Shown: positions 32,863 through 43,363 of the stretch, piece after piece
Numbering within the stretch: the first letter of the stretch is position 1
How the letters are laid out: each line of letters opens with the position of its first letter
Source of the DNA: Deltaproteobacteria bacterium
Lineage (GTDB): Bacteria; Myxococcota_A; UBA9160; SMWR01
DNA length: 64,000 nucleotides
Direction: 5' to 3'
Assembly: GCA_032128115.1 (NCBI GenBank)
Contig: JAQBHB010000093.1
Coordinates: forward strand, 1-64,000
The notes under the pieces: generated by a model
What the model was told of the DNA's origin: nothing
Seen by the model: only the letters and a program-made list of their open reading frames with translations
The model's database searches: none
Program-made: the position numbers and the translations under genes

Positions 32863-33759
32863 CTAGGGAAGGCAGACCTCGCCGAGGTCTTCGAAATCCG
32901 GGGGCTCGATCTGGATGGTGGCGTGTCCGATCCCGAAGCGCTTGTGCAAGATCTGCGAGACCTCGCGCAACAGGGCGACATGCCCCTCGTCTTCCACGGC
33001 CACAACGTGTCCCGTGAGCGATACGCGTCCGCTGGCGATGGTCCACACGTGCAGATCGTGAACGGCTGCCACGCCCGTCAGCGCCAGCAGGGAGGCCTGG
33101 ATCTCCTGGACATCCAGGTGCGCAGGCGCGCCTTCCATGAGCACGGCCGTGGCCTCGCGCACGAGAGACCACGAGGACCAGATGATGAGACCTGCGATCA
33201 GCAGCGAGGCCAGGGGGTCGGCCCAGGTCCAGCCAAACGCCCAGATCAGCGCTCCCGCGGCCATGGCCCCGATGCTTCCCAAGGCGTCGCTCAACACGTG
33301 CAGCCAGGCGCCGCGCAGGTTCAAGCTGTCGTGCCTGCCCGCGTTCAGGATGGCGAGTCCCGCCAGGTTCACGGCGAGCCCGCCCGCGGCGACCAGGAGC
33401 ATGCTTCCGCCCAGTACCGGGTGCGGCTGGCCGATCCGCTCCCAGGCTTCCAGGCCGATTCCTACGGACACGCACACCAGCAGGATGCCGTGGATCAAGG
33501 CCGCCAGGATCTCGGCGCGGTGGAAGCCGTAGGTTCGCGCAGCGGTGGGTGGCCGTTGGGTGATGCGCAGCGCCGCGACGGTCATGGACAGCGCCACCAC
33601 GTCGGAGAGCATGTGCCCGGCATCGGCGAGCAGGGCCAGCGAGCCCGTGTACAGGCCTCCGATGATCTCTGCGACCATATAGGTCGCGGCCAGCCCCAGG
33701 GCAAAGAGAAGCCGTCGTTGGTTGGCGTCGCCGCTCGCGTGCGCGCGATGGTCGTGCAT
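32863..33759 (-). CDS. Cation diffusion facilitator (CzcD/ZitB-like)
   Basis: SLALLADAGHMLSD, TYGFHRAEILAA, NLRGAWLHVLSDALGS, HDLHVWTI, HATIQIE. Confidence 0.93.
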   Translation of the reverse strand: MHDHRAHASGDANQRRLLFALGLAATYMVAEIIGGLYTGSLALLADAGHMLSDVVALSMTVAALRITQRPPTAARTYGFHRAEILAALIHGILLVCVSVGIGLEAWERIGQPHPVLGGSMLLVAAGGLAVNLAGLAILNAGRHDSLNLRGAWLHVLSDALGSIGAMAAGALIWAFGWTWADPLASLLIAGLIIWSSWSLVREATAVLMEGAPAHLDVQEIQASLLALTGVAAVHDLHVWTIASGRVSLTGHVVAVEDEGHVALLREVSQILHKRFGIGHATIQIEPPDFEDLGEVCLP

Positions 33760-33859
33760 GCGGGGTCGAGGGTGCGAGGAACGGGGCCCGTTGTCCAGCC
33801 ACGTCCAGGAATGCGATTCGGGAACGAGGCTGGAAATCAGGGGGGAACGAGCCTGGAAA

Positions 33860-34342
33860 TCAGGGGGGTCCGACCACGAAGGTGGAACTCTTCTCGAAGA
33901 CCGCCTGGGCGCTAGTGAACTTCACCTCCAGGGCGTAGATCCCCGGCTCGGCATTCACTGGCAGGGCGATGAACGAGTCCACGACCCAGCGCCCCGGCTT
34001 GATCTCGTACGAGCGGTCGGCATCCGAGACGATGGGCAGGCCCTTGAAGCGGATGCTCATCAGGAGCCGCCCGCGAACCACTTCGGTCGAGCGTTGCGGA
34101 CACATGGCGTACACCAGGCGATGGGCGAACTCGCCGCCGGGCTTGAGACGCTTGGGTACCAGGTCGCTCTTCTCGACCACCAGGAAGGGTCGCTCCTGGG
34201 TATCGCATGCGTACTCTTCCCACACCGCATCGGGGAAGCTCTTGAGCCGGTCGCCGGGCTTGCGAAGGGACTTCTGGATCGCGGCGCAACCCAGTGCGCA
34301 CAGGAGGGCCAGGGCCGCCGTCAGCGCCTTCGAATGACCCAA
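33860..34342 (-). CDS. Hypothetical lipoprotein
   Basis: Lipobox ALGC; overlaps the end of the kinase gene; beta-rich C-terminus (PGIYALEV). Confidence 0.65.
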   Translation of the reverse strand: MGHSKALTAALALLCALGCAAIQKSLRKPGDRLKSFPDAVWEEYACDTQERPFLVVEKSDLVPKRLKPGGEFAHRLVYAMCPQRSTEVVRGRLLMSIRFKGLPIVSDADRSYEIKPGRWVVDSFIALPVNAEPGIYALEVKFTSAQAVFEKSSTFVVGPP

Positions 34343-35715
34343 TCCGCCTGTCCCTCCGGCGCAGCGTCAGGCAGCTCCTCCGCGGGCTTCTGCCGCGAAG
34401 CGGGGGGCCGGCTGGGCCGGGACGGACGCCGCCGCTCCTTCTGGTCGGCCGTTTCGGCCCGGGAGTTGACCCTGGGATCGACGGCAGGAGGCGTGGCGGG
34501 GGCAGAAGCCTCCGCGGGACCGGGGTCGAGGGGGGCGGCGGAGGCCGTGGGGTCGGGGGCTGCTGCGGCGGCCTTTCCCTCGCTGGGGGCACTTCCCAGG
34601 ACCAGCCAGTTCAGGCCCAGCAGCAACAGGCCCAGGCTGATCGCGCAAAGGGCCACGCGCTCTGGCACCCCGGCCGGGATCTGCCTCCGGAGGCCTGTCC
34701 CGTATCGCCTCAAGGTCCCGTATCGCCTCAAGAACGGGAGCCAGCTCTCCCGGGCCAGGGCAAGGGCACCCGTCAGGGCCCGGCGCGCCCGGGTTGCGAG
34801 TTGGACGAGCTGGCCCGTGCGGCGGGGCACGCCCATCAGCCTGCCCACTTCGAGCTCCGACAGGGTGTACTCGGCGGTCGTGGCCTCGCTGGCGGCACGG
34901 ATCGGGCCGGCGGCGGCCTCCAGGTGGGCGCGAAATTCCTCGGCCACGGTGAAGCGGCCCTCCGGGTCCTTCTCCACCGCCCGCAAGATCACCGCTTCCA
35001 GTTCCGGAGGGATGCCCGGGGCGAAGCGGCTGGGGGGCGCGGGCGCGTGCTCGATCTGGGCCCGCATCACCTCGTAGTCGCTCTCGCAGTCGAACGGCAG
35101 GCGTCCGGTCAACAGGTGGTAGAGCAGGATACCGAGCGAGTAGATGTCCGAGCGGGCGTCGGTGTCGTGGCCGCGCACCTGCTCGGGCGACATGTATTGC
35201 ACGGTGCCAACCATGTGGCCGGTCTGGGTGAGACGGCTCGAGCCCAGGGCCCGCGCGATGCCGAAGTCCATCACCTTCACCACCCCGCGCTCGGTCAGCA
35301 TGATGTTCGAGCCCTTCAGGTCCCGATGCACGAAGCCCAGCTCATGGGCGTAACCGATGCCGTCGAGCACCTGGAAGAACAGGGGCAGGGCGCTCACCAC
35401 CGGCAGGCCCCCGCTGCCGCGGATCAGCTCATGGAAGGTCGTGCCGTGCACGTACTCCATCACCATGAACAGGGCGTCGCGGTGCTCGATCAGGCTGTAG
35501 AGCGTGGCGATGTTGGGGTGATTGAGCCGGCCCAGGGTCCGGGCCTCGATGCGAAACCGCTCGACCACCTCGGGGCGCGCGGCGAAATCCGGACGCAGCA
35601 GCTTCACGGCCACGTCGCGATCCAGCAGCACGTCGTTGGCCCGGTAGACCTGGCCGACGCCGCCTTCGCCGATCAGATCGAGGAATCGATAGTTGTCGAT
35701 CTGGAGGCCGATCAT
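34321..35715 (-). CDS. Hanks-type Ser/Thr protein kinase with TM helix and Pro/Ala-rich tail
   Basis: IGEGGVG.VY, VAVK, HRDLKGSN, DFGIAR, GT..YMSPEQ, SDIYSLG. Confidence 0.93.
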   Translation of the reverse strand: MIGLQIDNYRFLDLIGEGGVGQVYRANDVLLDRDVAVKLLRPDFAARPEVVERFRIEARTLGRLNHPNIATLYSLIEHRDALFMVMEYVHGTTFHELIRGSGGLPVVSALPLFFQVLDGIGYAHELGFVHRDLKGSNIMLTERGVVKVMDFGIARALGSSRLTQTGHMVGTVQYMSPEQVRGHDTDARSDIYSLGILLYHLLTGRLPFDCESDYEVMRAQIEHAPAPPSRFAPGIPPELEAVILRAVEKDPEGRFTVAEEFRAHLEAAAGPIRAASEATTAEYTLSELEVGRLMGVPRRTGQLVQLATRARRALTGALALARESWLPFLRRYGTLRRYGTGLRRQIPAGVPERVALCAISLGLLLLGLNWLVLGSAPSEGKAAAAAPDPTASAAPLDPGPAEASAPATPPAVDPRVNSRAETADQKERRRPSRPSRPPASRQKPAEELPDAAPEGQADWVIRRR

Positions 35716-35810
35716 CGCGAGGCCGAAGTCCTCTCCCCGCGGGGAGTCCGTGTCGATCAGGCTCCCCGGGCGAACGAGTCCCGTTCGCCCTCGATATCGG
35801 ACGTCTCGCC

Positions 35811-38800
35811 CTAGGCCATGAGGTCGCCGTACTTGGAAAGGGTCTCCACGGCCTCCGGGGGAAGGCTGGGCGGCTCCTTCCCCACCGCGTAGCAGCCCAC
35901 GATCACCTGGGCGGTGCGCTCGACGATCTCGCACATGTCGGCGGCCCGCCGCAGGCTGCGGCCGGCCACCAGCAGCCCGTGGTTCTGCATCAGCACGGCC
36001 CAGCCGTCCCCCATGGCCTCGACGATGGCGTCGGCCAGCTCCTGGGTGCCGGGCATCACGAATGGAATGCGCCCGATGTTGACCAGGAAGGCGGCCTCGG
36101 TGGAGATGGGCAGGAACGGCAGGCCGGTGTTGGCCAGGATGGTGGCGTAGGGCGCGTGGCAGTGGATCACGGCCTGGGCCTCGGCGCGCGCCTCGAGCAC
36201 CGCGGTGTGCATGAGGGCTTCGCTGGAGGGAGAGCGCGCACCCGGGTCGAGGGCCCGGCCATTCATTCCGATGCGCACCAGGATCTCGGGCGATAGATCC
36301 CCCTTGAAGAGCTGGCTGGGAGTGATCCAGGCCTCGTCCGGGGTCTCCTGCGTCCGCACGCTCACGTTTCCACCGGTCGCCGTGATGAGCTGGCTCGCGT
36401 AGAGCTCGTTCACGATCTGCACCAGATCGTGGCGCACGTCGCCTGCGGTCGCGGGCCTGGCCTTCGCGCTGGTGCTGCCGGCGTTGGGATCGGGGATCGA
36501 GGTGAGGTCGCCCGGATCCCCGATCTCCGCGCGCGCGGCCCGGTACAGGCGATTCAGGTCGCCCTGGATGTGGGTGAGCGTCATGGCCTTGGCGGCGTCG
36601 CCACTGAACGACAGTTCGCCGTTCATGGCCGACTCCATGGCGTTTCGCCGGCCGGTGAACATGCCGTCGAACAGATCGGCCTTCATCTTCAGCTCGACGC
36701 CCGCGTCCGAGGTCGGTGGTCCCATGGCCCCGGTAACGGCGCCGCCCTCGAATCCGAAGTGGCACGAAAGACCCAGGTCCGACAGGGTGAAGTGGAGCAG
36801 CACCTCCTGTCCATTGGCGGCGATGCTGCGGAGGTTCTCGTCGCGAACGACGTGTGCGACGAACGCACCCATCAGGCTCTCCATCTTGTTTCGGATCTCC
36901 ACGGCTGCGGGTTCCTCCTGGTTTCGTGCCGCCGGCGGGGCGGCTTGCGAGGTGCTCCTGGGGGTGTGGGCCTTCTTGTCGCGTTGCAGATCACTCACCG
37001 CGGGAGCGGGCCCTCGCCCCAGGCGCTCGGCCAGCTCGGGCGACGGCTCGGGGCGCGGCACGGACCAGACGAAGGTCCGAAGCGTCTGGGGATTGAGCAC
37101 GCTGCGCGGCGTCTCGCCGCGTCGCAATCGCTCCAGATCGTCGGCGATGATCCGGCCCTGGTGGGCCGCCACCTCCACGGTGTTGCCGCCCACGTGGGGC
37201 GTTGCGATCACGTTTTCCATGGCCAGCAACGGGTGGTCGGATCCGGGCGGCTCGACTGCGAAGACGTCGAGCGCGGCGCCACCCAGGTGGCCCGACTGCA
37301 GGGCTTCGACCAGGGCGCCTTCGTCCACGAGGGCTGCGCGCGCCGTATTGATCAGGCAGCTGCCCGCCTGCATGAGCGCCAGCTGGTCGGCGCCGATCAG
37401 ACCGCGTGACGCGTCGGTCACTGCAGCGTGGAGCGACACGAAGTCGCTGCTGCGCAGCAGGTCGGAAAGTGACGCGGGCTCCGCGCCGGCCAGGCGGATC
37501 GCGTCGTCGTCGAGGAACGGGTCGTGGACCAGGCAGTTCGCGCCGAACGGCCGCAGACGCTCCACCACCTTGCGTCCCACGGCGCCCAGGCCCACCAGAC
37601 CCACGGTCTTGCGCCACAGCTCGCGACCGCGCAGGCTGCCGAAGGCCTGGCCCATGCGGCCCATGTCGCCGGCCTCGCCCCCCCGGTTCGCGCAGGAAGG
37701 CGGTTGCCTGGGGCAGTCGCCGCGCCAGCATCAGCAGGAACGCCAGGGCCAGGTCCGCCACCGCGTCGGCGTTCCGACCCGGAGTGTGCAGCACCGGGAT
37801 GCCAAGCTCCGTGCAGGCGTTCAGGTCCACGTTGACCGCATCGCCACGGCACACGCCGATGGCGCGCAGGTCGCGGGCCGCCAGCAAGGAGCCCGCGTCT
37901 ACCACGTCGATCTCGGTTACGAAGATGTGTACGCCCTTCAGGGCCTCCACCAGGGCCGGGCCGGTGAGCAGGCGCATGGCTTCCCGGTAGCTGTGGTACG
38001 CGACGTCGCCGATCTCGCCCAGGGCGGCCAGGCCGGACTCGTCCATGTCCGCGGCCACCAGGATCCGGGGCCGGAACGAAGTGAGCGGGCTCGCGGATTT
38101 CGATCCACCGCCGCTCAAGATTCCGCGCACGACCAGACCCGCGGCCAGGGCGTTGGCCTCTTGTTGCGCGCCGCGCACACCGGACCAGACCGAATACAGA
38201 TCCGCATAGGACGCGGCTCGCGCGTCGTCGGGGTCGTGAGCCCGGCTGGACTTCGAAAGCTGCTTTGCGCCCTCGGCCAGATCGCCGAAGACCCCCGCGG
38301 CCACCCCGGCGCACACGGCCGCGCCCAGGGCGCTTGCTTCTCGGGCGGCGACTTCCACCCGGCGACCCGTCGCGTCACTCAGCAGCCCGGTGAAGAAGGC
38401 GTTGCGCGACATGCCGCCGCAAACAAGCAGGCTCTCGGGCTCGGCGCCCGTGGTGGCGAGTACCTGCTCCAGGTTCGCTCGCATCCCGAAGGCCATGCCC
38501 TCGACGATGGACCGGGCCAGGTGCCGCCGACGCTCCGGCTCGGCGGCGCACAGGTGCGACAGGGTGAGGTTGCCGATGGGCAGACCCATGGCGCGCGCGT
38601 CCATCAGCTCGGCGCCAAGGTTCGACACCAGCCCGGCGGCTCCCACCTGGGATTGCGACGCCTCGGCCATCAAGTGCACCACCGGGTGGGACGCCTCCGG
38701 GTACAAGAGCCCCGCGATCCAATCCAGGGCCTCGCCCACCCCGCCGCCGTTGCTCTCCAGGGCCCAGAGCCCGGGCACACAGTGATGGACTCCCCACATG

Positions 38801-39645
38801 CGGGCGTCGTCATCGATCGTGGCCGAGGCGAGCACCTGTTGCACCGGCGCCGAAGTGCCCGCCACCACGCACACCTGGCCGGCGGAAATCGCGCCGGCTC
38901 CCAACAGACCACTCTGGGTGTCGCCGCCGGCCACCGCCACGGGCGTGCCGGGGCGCAGGCCGAAGTCGGCGGCCATCGCGTCGCGCACCTCGCCCAGCCG
39001 GGTTCCCGCCGGGCGCACCGCCGGGAACAGGCCGCGCGGAAGCGCCAGGCGCTCGATCCAATCCCACGCCCACTCGCCGCTGTGCAGATCGAACAGCAGC
39101 GTCTCACTCGCCTGGGAGGGCTCGCTGGCCTGCTCGCCGCACAGCCGCCACGCGACCCAGTCGCTGACTGCCAGGTGCACCGCGGCGCGCGCAAACGACT
39201 CCGGCTCGTTCTCGGCCATCCAGCAGAGGCGGCCCGCTGGCTGCACCGGGTTGGGCCAGTGGCCGGTGCGCCGATGCAGCTCCTTCCCGTGCGCAGCCGC
39301 GAGTTCGACGATCCGACCCAGGCCCCGGGCGTCCCGGTTCGGTGCGGCCAACAGTTCGCGGCCCTCGCCATCGAGCACCACGCTGGCGTGGCGCATGCTG
39401 GTGGCGGCCACTCCGAGGATCGTGTCCGGGGTGGCGCCGGCTCGCGCGCAGGCCTCGCGTGCGGATTCCGCCAGCAGCGACCAGGTGCGCTCGACCGGAA
39501 TCGAGGCGGCGGCCGGGTGGGCCGGATCGGCGTCCATCCGCCAGGCGCGGAATGCGGTGGTGACGACGCCACTGTCCACGTCGACCAGCAGGCAGCGGCC
39601 ACCGCCGCCGCCAAAATCCAGGCCCATGAGGAAGCGAGCGCTCAA
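35811..39645 (-). CDS. Four-domain fusion: FGGY kinase + D-2-hydroxyacid dehydrogenase + SCP2 + class II aldolase; frameshifted at C7 (37678-37684)
   Basis: GLDFGGGGGR, TSMRH, GGDTQ, GTS, EG.AF (FGGY); TPGRNADAVAD, GLVGLGAVG, INTARA, DVF..EP, TPHVGG (dehydrogenase); MFTGRRNAM..AMNGELSFSGD (SCP2); GGNVSVR, PSSE, HCH, NHG (aldolase). Removing one G gives a 1277-aa ORF. Confidence 0.8.
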
Positions 39646-39790
39646 TTGCGGGTCTCCCGTGGTCAGGGAATCCGATTCTACCCCGGGAGCCGCAGAATGC
39701 GGGGAGACGTATCGGCGCTGGCAGGAGATCGGAGCCCACGGCGGCGCCGTGCTAGGGTGCGCCCGGCCGGGCTCGCAATGCCCGGCGGGG

Positions 39791-40771
39791 ATGGAGCGCG
39801 GCGTGCGCATCAATCCGGTGCTTCTCGCAGGACTGGCTGTGTTGGCGACGCTTGTCACCCCGGCGGCGGCGAGTGACACCGGTGTCAGCCTGCGCTGGCT
39901 CGGGGTGGCCGGATTCACCATCGCCGACGCCGATGGCGCGATCCTCCACGATCCCTACATGAGCCGTCCGGGACTGCTCGAGACGGTCTTCACGTGGTAT
40001 CGCCCGGATCCCCAGGTGCTGTCGCCGTTGCTCGGGCCCGGCAGTCCCGCGCCGGAAATGGCCCGGGCGGATCTCATCCTGATCGGGCACAGCCATTTCG
40101 ACCATCTGGGCGACGCGCCCTGGATTGCCCAGCGCACCGGCGCCACGGTGGCGGGCTCGCGCACCAGCGTGATGCTTTCCCGCGCCTACGGCGTGGCTGA
40201 AGCGCGAACCCGCCAGGTGGACGCCGGTGACGTCTGGAACCACGGTTCGTTCGAGATTCGCGTGATCGAGAGCCGCCACGCCCGGGTGCTGTTCGGTGAG
40301 GTGCCGCTGGAGGGCGAAGTCGACGAGCCGCCCGAGGCCCCGGTGCACGTACTTTCGTTTCCGCTGGGCGACGCCCGCAGCTACCTGGTGACCCACCGCC
40401 CCAGTGGCATCCGGATCTTCACCCTGAGCAGTGCCGACCGGCACGCGCCGGCGCTCGAGGCCCTGCGCCGGGAGGGCATCCAGGTGGACGTGTTGTTGGC
40501 CGCGATCATGGGGCGGGATCCGGACTTCGCCCGCGACCTGGTGGTGGCGCTCGAGCCCCGCATCGTGGTGCCCCACCACTTCGAGGATTTCTTCACCGCA
40601 CTCGACGATCCCGAGGCGGTTGCACCGCGCAACCCGGAAGATCTGGCGGCGTTCGAAGACGAAATCCACCGGGCGGCGGCGGACGCGGGAGTCGACGTGG
40701 AGGTTCGCAGGCTCGACCTGTTCGGGGTGCTGGACGTATCGGCATCGCATCGGCGGAGGAGTGGGCCGTGA
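39791..40771 (+). CDS. Exported MBL-fold metallo-hydrolase (UlaG-like)
   Basis: Signal peptide; WLGVAGF, DPY, HSHFDH, SRH, PHHFEDFF. Confidence 0.85.
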   Translation: MERGVRINPVLLAGLAVLATLVTPAAASDTGVSLRWLGVAGFTIADADGAILHDPYMSRPGLLETVFTWYRPDPQVLSPLLGPGSPAPEMARADLILIGHSHFDHLGDAPWIAQRTGATVAGSRTSVMLSRAYGVAEARTRQVDAGDVWNHGSFEIRVIESRHARVLFGEVPLEGEVDEPPEAPVHVLSFPLGDARSYLVTHRPSGIRIFTLSSADRHAPALEALRREGIQVDVLLAAIMGRDPDFARDLVVALEPRIVVPHHFEDFFTALDDPEAVAPRNPEDLAAFEDEIHRAAADAGVDVEVRRLDLFGVLDVSASHRRRSGP

Positions 40772-41454
40772 GGCGGCGCATCGGAAATCTGGGGCGCTTC
40801 GGAACCCTGCTGGTGGTGTTGGTGCTCTTTATCGCTCTTGCCCCGTTCGTCGAGGGCGATGGTGTCGGTTTCGCGCGCTACGGCGCCTACTTCACGCTGG
40901 TGCTGGTGGCGTCTGTCTACGCCGTGAGCCAGCGCCGGCCCGTGCTGCTCGTGGGCATCGCTCTGGCGATTCCCGCGATCGGCTTGCGCTGGGTGCGCTT
41001 CGTCGACTCCTCCCCCTGGTGGGTTCTCGCCGATGCGGTGGCCGCGGTGGCGCTGCTGGGCTTCGTCATCTCCGTGCTGCTGCGCGCAATCCTCGGCAGC
41101 TGCCGCGTCACCACCGACACCATCTTTGGCGGGATCTGTGTCTACCTGCTGTTGGGCGTGGCGTGGGCCGAGATGTACCAGTGCCTGGAGATCATGCAGC
41201 CGGGATCGTTCGAGATCAGCTGGTCGGCGGCGTCCTACGAGACGCTGGATTCGGCGGCGGCGCAGTCGTTCCGCTTCGTCTACTTCAGTTTCGTGACCCT
41301 GACGACGCTCGGCTATGGCGAGATTTTTCCGGTCTCATCGAAAGCCCAGTCCCTGGCGCTTCTGGAGGCGGTGTCGGGCCCCCTGTTCCTGGCGATCTTC
41401 GTCGCCCGGCTAGTGGGTCTCCACATGGCGAGCCTGCAACGGCCGGACGGCTGA
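40768..41454 (+). CDS. Potassium-channel-family membrane protein
   Basis: YFSFVTLTTLGYGEIFP pore/filter motif; IFVARLVG. Confidence 0.88.
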   Translation: MRRRIGNLGRFGTLLVVLVLFIALAPFVEGDGVGFARYGAYFTLVLVASVYAVSQRRPVLLVGIALAIPAIGLRWVRFVDSSPWWVLADAVAAVALLGFVISVLLRAILGSCRVTTDTIFGGICVYLLLGVAWAEMYQCLEIMQPGSFEISWSAASYETLDSAAAQSFRFVYFSFVTLTTLGYGEIFPVSSKAQSLALLEAVSGPLFLAIFVARLVGLHMASLQRPDG

Positions 41455-41522
41455 TGAGCCCGTGACGCCCCCGGCGGAGGGGGCTTCAGGGAGCCTTCCG
41501 TCGCGCCGATCCGTCTCGGGCC

Positions 41523-42485
41523 ATGTGGCTCGATGCAATCGCCCTGTCGGTCCTGGGCCTCTATACGGGAATGGGGGTCCATCGGGGCGGCCTTGCCAGC
41601 GCCATGGGTCTGATCATCCTGGCCGTGTCGTACACCGCCGCCATCGTCGCGGCCACCCGGTTCGGTCCCGTATTCGCGCGCCAGCTCGACATGGCGGAGT
41701 TCCTGGGGCTGCCCATCGTGAGCACGATTGCTTTCATCCTGGTCTACGCGGTCCTGAGCGTGCTGGGCCGCGTGCTGCAGCGCAGGTCGGAGGAGCGCCG
41801 CCGTGGTCATCCGCGCTCGCCCCGCGATCGCTTCGTGGGCGGCCTGGTGGGTTTCGCGCGCGGGGGTCTGGTGGTGATCTTGATGGCCTGGCTGGCCCTT
41901 TGGGTCGACGCCCTGCGCGTGACCGGCACCTTCGAGAGCCTGCCGAGCCTGGACGGTTCCACTGCGGCGGCCATCACGGGCAACGTGGTGGAGGCCGGCG
42001 TGGCCGCATCGCTGTCGGATGCCGGCGCTGCGGGCCCGTTCATGGCGCGCATGGTGGCGAGGCCGGGGGCCGCGGTCCAGGATCTGCAGGAATTGGTGGA
42101 CGACCCCGGCGTCGAACGCCTGCGCCAGGATCCCATGTTCTGGACGTACGTGGAAAACGGCGCCGTAGACTCGGCCCTCAACCAGCCGAGTTTTCTGCGC
42201 CTCGCCAACGACACGGACCTCCGCCAGCGACTGGCCGGCATGGGATTGATCGAACCCGAGGCCGCCGTCAGCCCCGCCGCGTTCCGCCGCGCCGTCGCCC
42301 CGGTGATGAAGGACGTGGGAACGCGTCTGCAGGGAATCCGCAATGACCCGGCTCTGCAGGAGCTGATGAAGGACCCGGAGGTGGCGGCCCTGGTGCAGGA
42401 GGGTGACACCATGGCGCTGGTCGCCCATCCGGGGTTCCGCCGATTGGTGTCGCGAGTGGCGTCAAATTCGGACGGAGCGAACTGA
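41523..42485 (+). CDS. CvpA-family membrane protein with C-terminal helical extension
   Basis: LD......G..RG N-terminus; DR..GG..G.ARG motif. Confidence 0.75.
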   Translation: MWLDAIALSVLGLYTGMGVHRGGLASAMGLIILAVSYTAAIVAATRFGPVFARQLDMAEFLGLPIVSTIAFILVYAVLSVLGRVLQRRSEERRRGHPRSPRDRFVGGLVGFARGGLVVILMAWLALWVDALRVTGTFESLPSLDGSTAAAITGNVVEAGVAASLSDAGAAGPFMARMVARPGAAVQDLQELVDDPGVERLRQDPMFWTYVENGAVDSALNQPSFLRLANDTDLRQRLAGMGLIEPEAAVSPAAFRRAVAPVMKDVGTRLQGIRNDPALQELMKDPEVAALVQEGDTMALVAHPGFRRLVSRVASNSDGAN

Positions 42486-42508
42486 GTCGTTTCCGCTTGC
42501 GAGCGCGC

Positions 42509-43204
42509 TCAGGCCTCGCTCGTCTTGGCTTCGTGGGCCGTGGCGGATGGCTGCGTTCCGCGGCCCGTCGCCAGGTTCTCGGGCGACACGAGTCCCGCCG
42601 ACATCACCAGCTTGAAGGCGTCTTCCACGCTGATATCCACCTCGCGAATCTCGTCCTCGGGCACCAGCAGGAAGAAACCAGAGGTCGGGTTCGGGGTCGT
42701 GGGCAGGAAGCAGTTGATCGTGGGTCCGCCCGTGGCCGCTCGCACGGGGCCACGGGTCGGGCCCGTGGTGAAGGCCAGAGCCCAGACGCCCTTGCGCGGG
42801 TACTCCACGAGCACCACTCGATTGAAGCGCGCCGTCTGGCTCGAGCGGAAGATCGCCTCGAACAGCTGCTTGACCCCGTTGTAGATGTTTCGCGCCACGG
42901 GCACGCGCGACAGCAGTCGCTCCCCCATGCGCACCAGCTCGCCGCCGAACAGGTGGCGGGCCACCACGCCAAGCAGGATGATCACCAGGAAGGTGAAGAG
43001 GGCTCCCACCAGGAACAGGCGCGGCGGGTCTTCGACCCCGGGCAGCAGCAGCCTCAGCAGGTGGGGCAGCAGCAGATCGTCGAGTTGGCGGATGATCCAG
43101 GCGGTGGCCCAGACCGTGACGCCGATGGGCGCAAAGACCAGCACTCCGGCGACGAAATAGCGTCGGATCGCTTCGAGGATCCAGTTGAGCAGGCCGCGCA
43201 GCAT
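42509..43204 (-). CDS. DUF502 family membrane protein
   Basis: YFVAGVLVFAP...T, VP.AR.IY..VKQ, VVLVEYPR.G.W..AF.T, FLPTTPNPTSGF, EDAFKLVMSAG. Confidence 0.9.
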   Translation of the reverse strand: MLRGLLNWILEAIRRYFVAGVLVFAPIGVTVWATAWIIRQLDDLLLPHLLRLLLPGVEDPPRLFLVGALFTFLVIILLGVVARHLFGGELVRMGERLLSRVPVARNIYNGVKQLFEAIFRSSQTARFNRVVLVEYPRKGVWALAFTTGPTRGPVRAATGGPTINCFLPTTPNPTSGFFLLVPEDEIREVDISVEDAFKLVMSAGLVSPENLATGRGTQPSATAHEAKTSEA

Positions 43205-43209
43205 GCGGT

Positions 43210-43338
43210 CTAGAAGAGCGGGACTTCCCCGTCCGGCGCGTAGGCCGTGATCTCGCAGTCGAGCGGGATCACTTCGAAGCTCGGGGGGGCGTAGCCCGAA
43301 GACTCGGGCCGCCGGTCTCGTGTGGACTCGTCGTTCAT
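43210..43338 (-). CDS. pqqA: PqqA-like precursor peptide (42 aa; absent from the ORF track)
   Basis: MNDESTRDRRPESSGYAPPSFEVIPLDCEITAYAPDGEVPLF*: P.F..I.L..E-x3-Y signature; TAGAAT 7 nt before the ATG. Confidence 0.7.
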   Translation of the reverse strand: MNDESTRDRRPESSGYAPPSFEVIPLDCEITAYAPDGEVPLF

Positions 43339-43363
43339 GGCGGCGATTCTAGCCCACCCGGCG

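Noticed and set aside
39791..40771. MBL-fold protein as PqqB partner of the PqqA-like peptide
   Set aside because: It has a signal peptide and a canonical HxHxDH, and lacks the PqqB N-terminal GSAAGGG.PQWNC motif.
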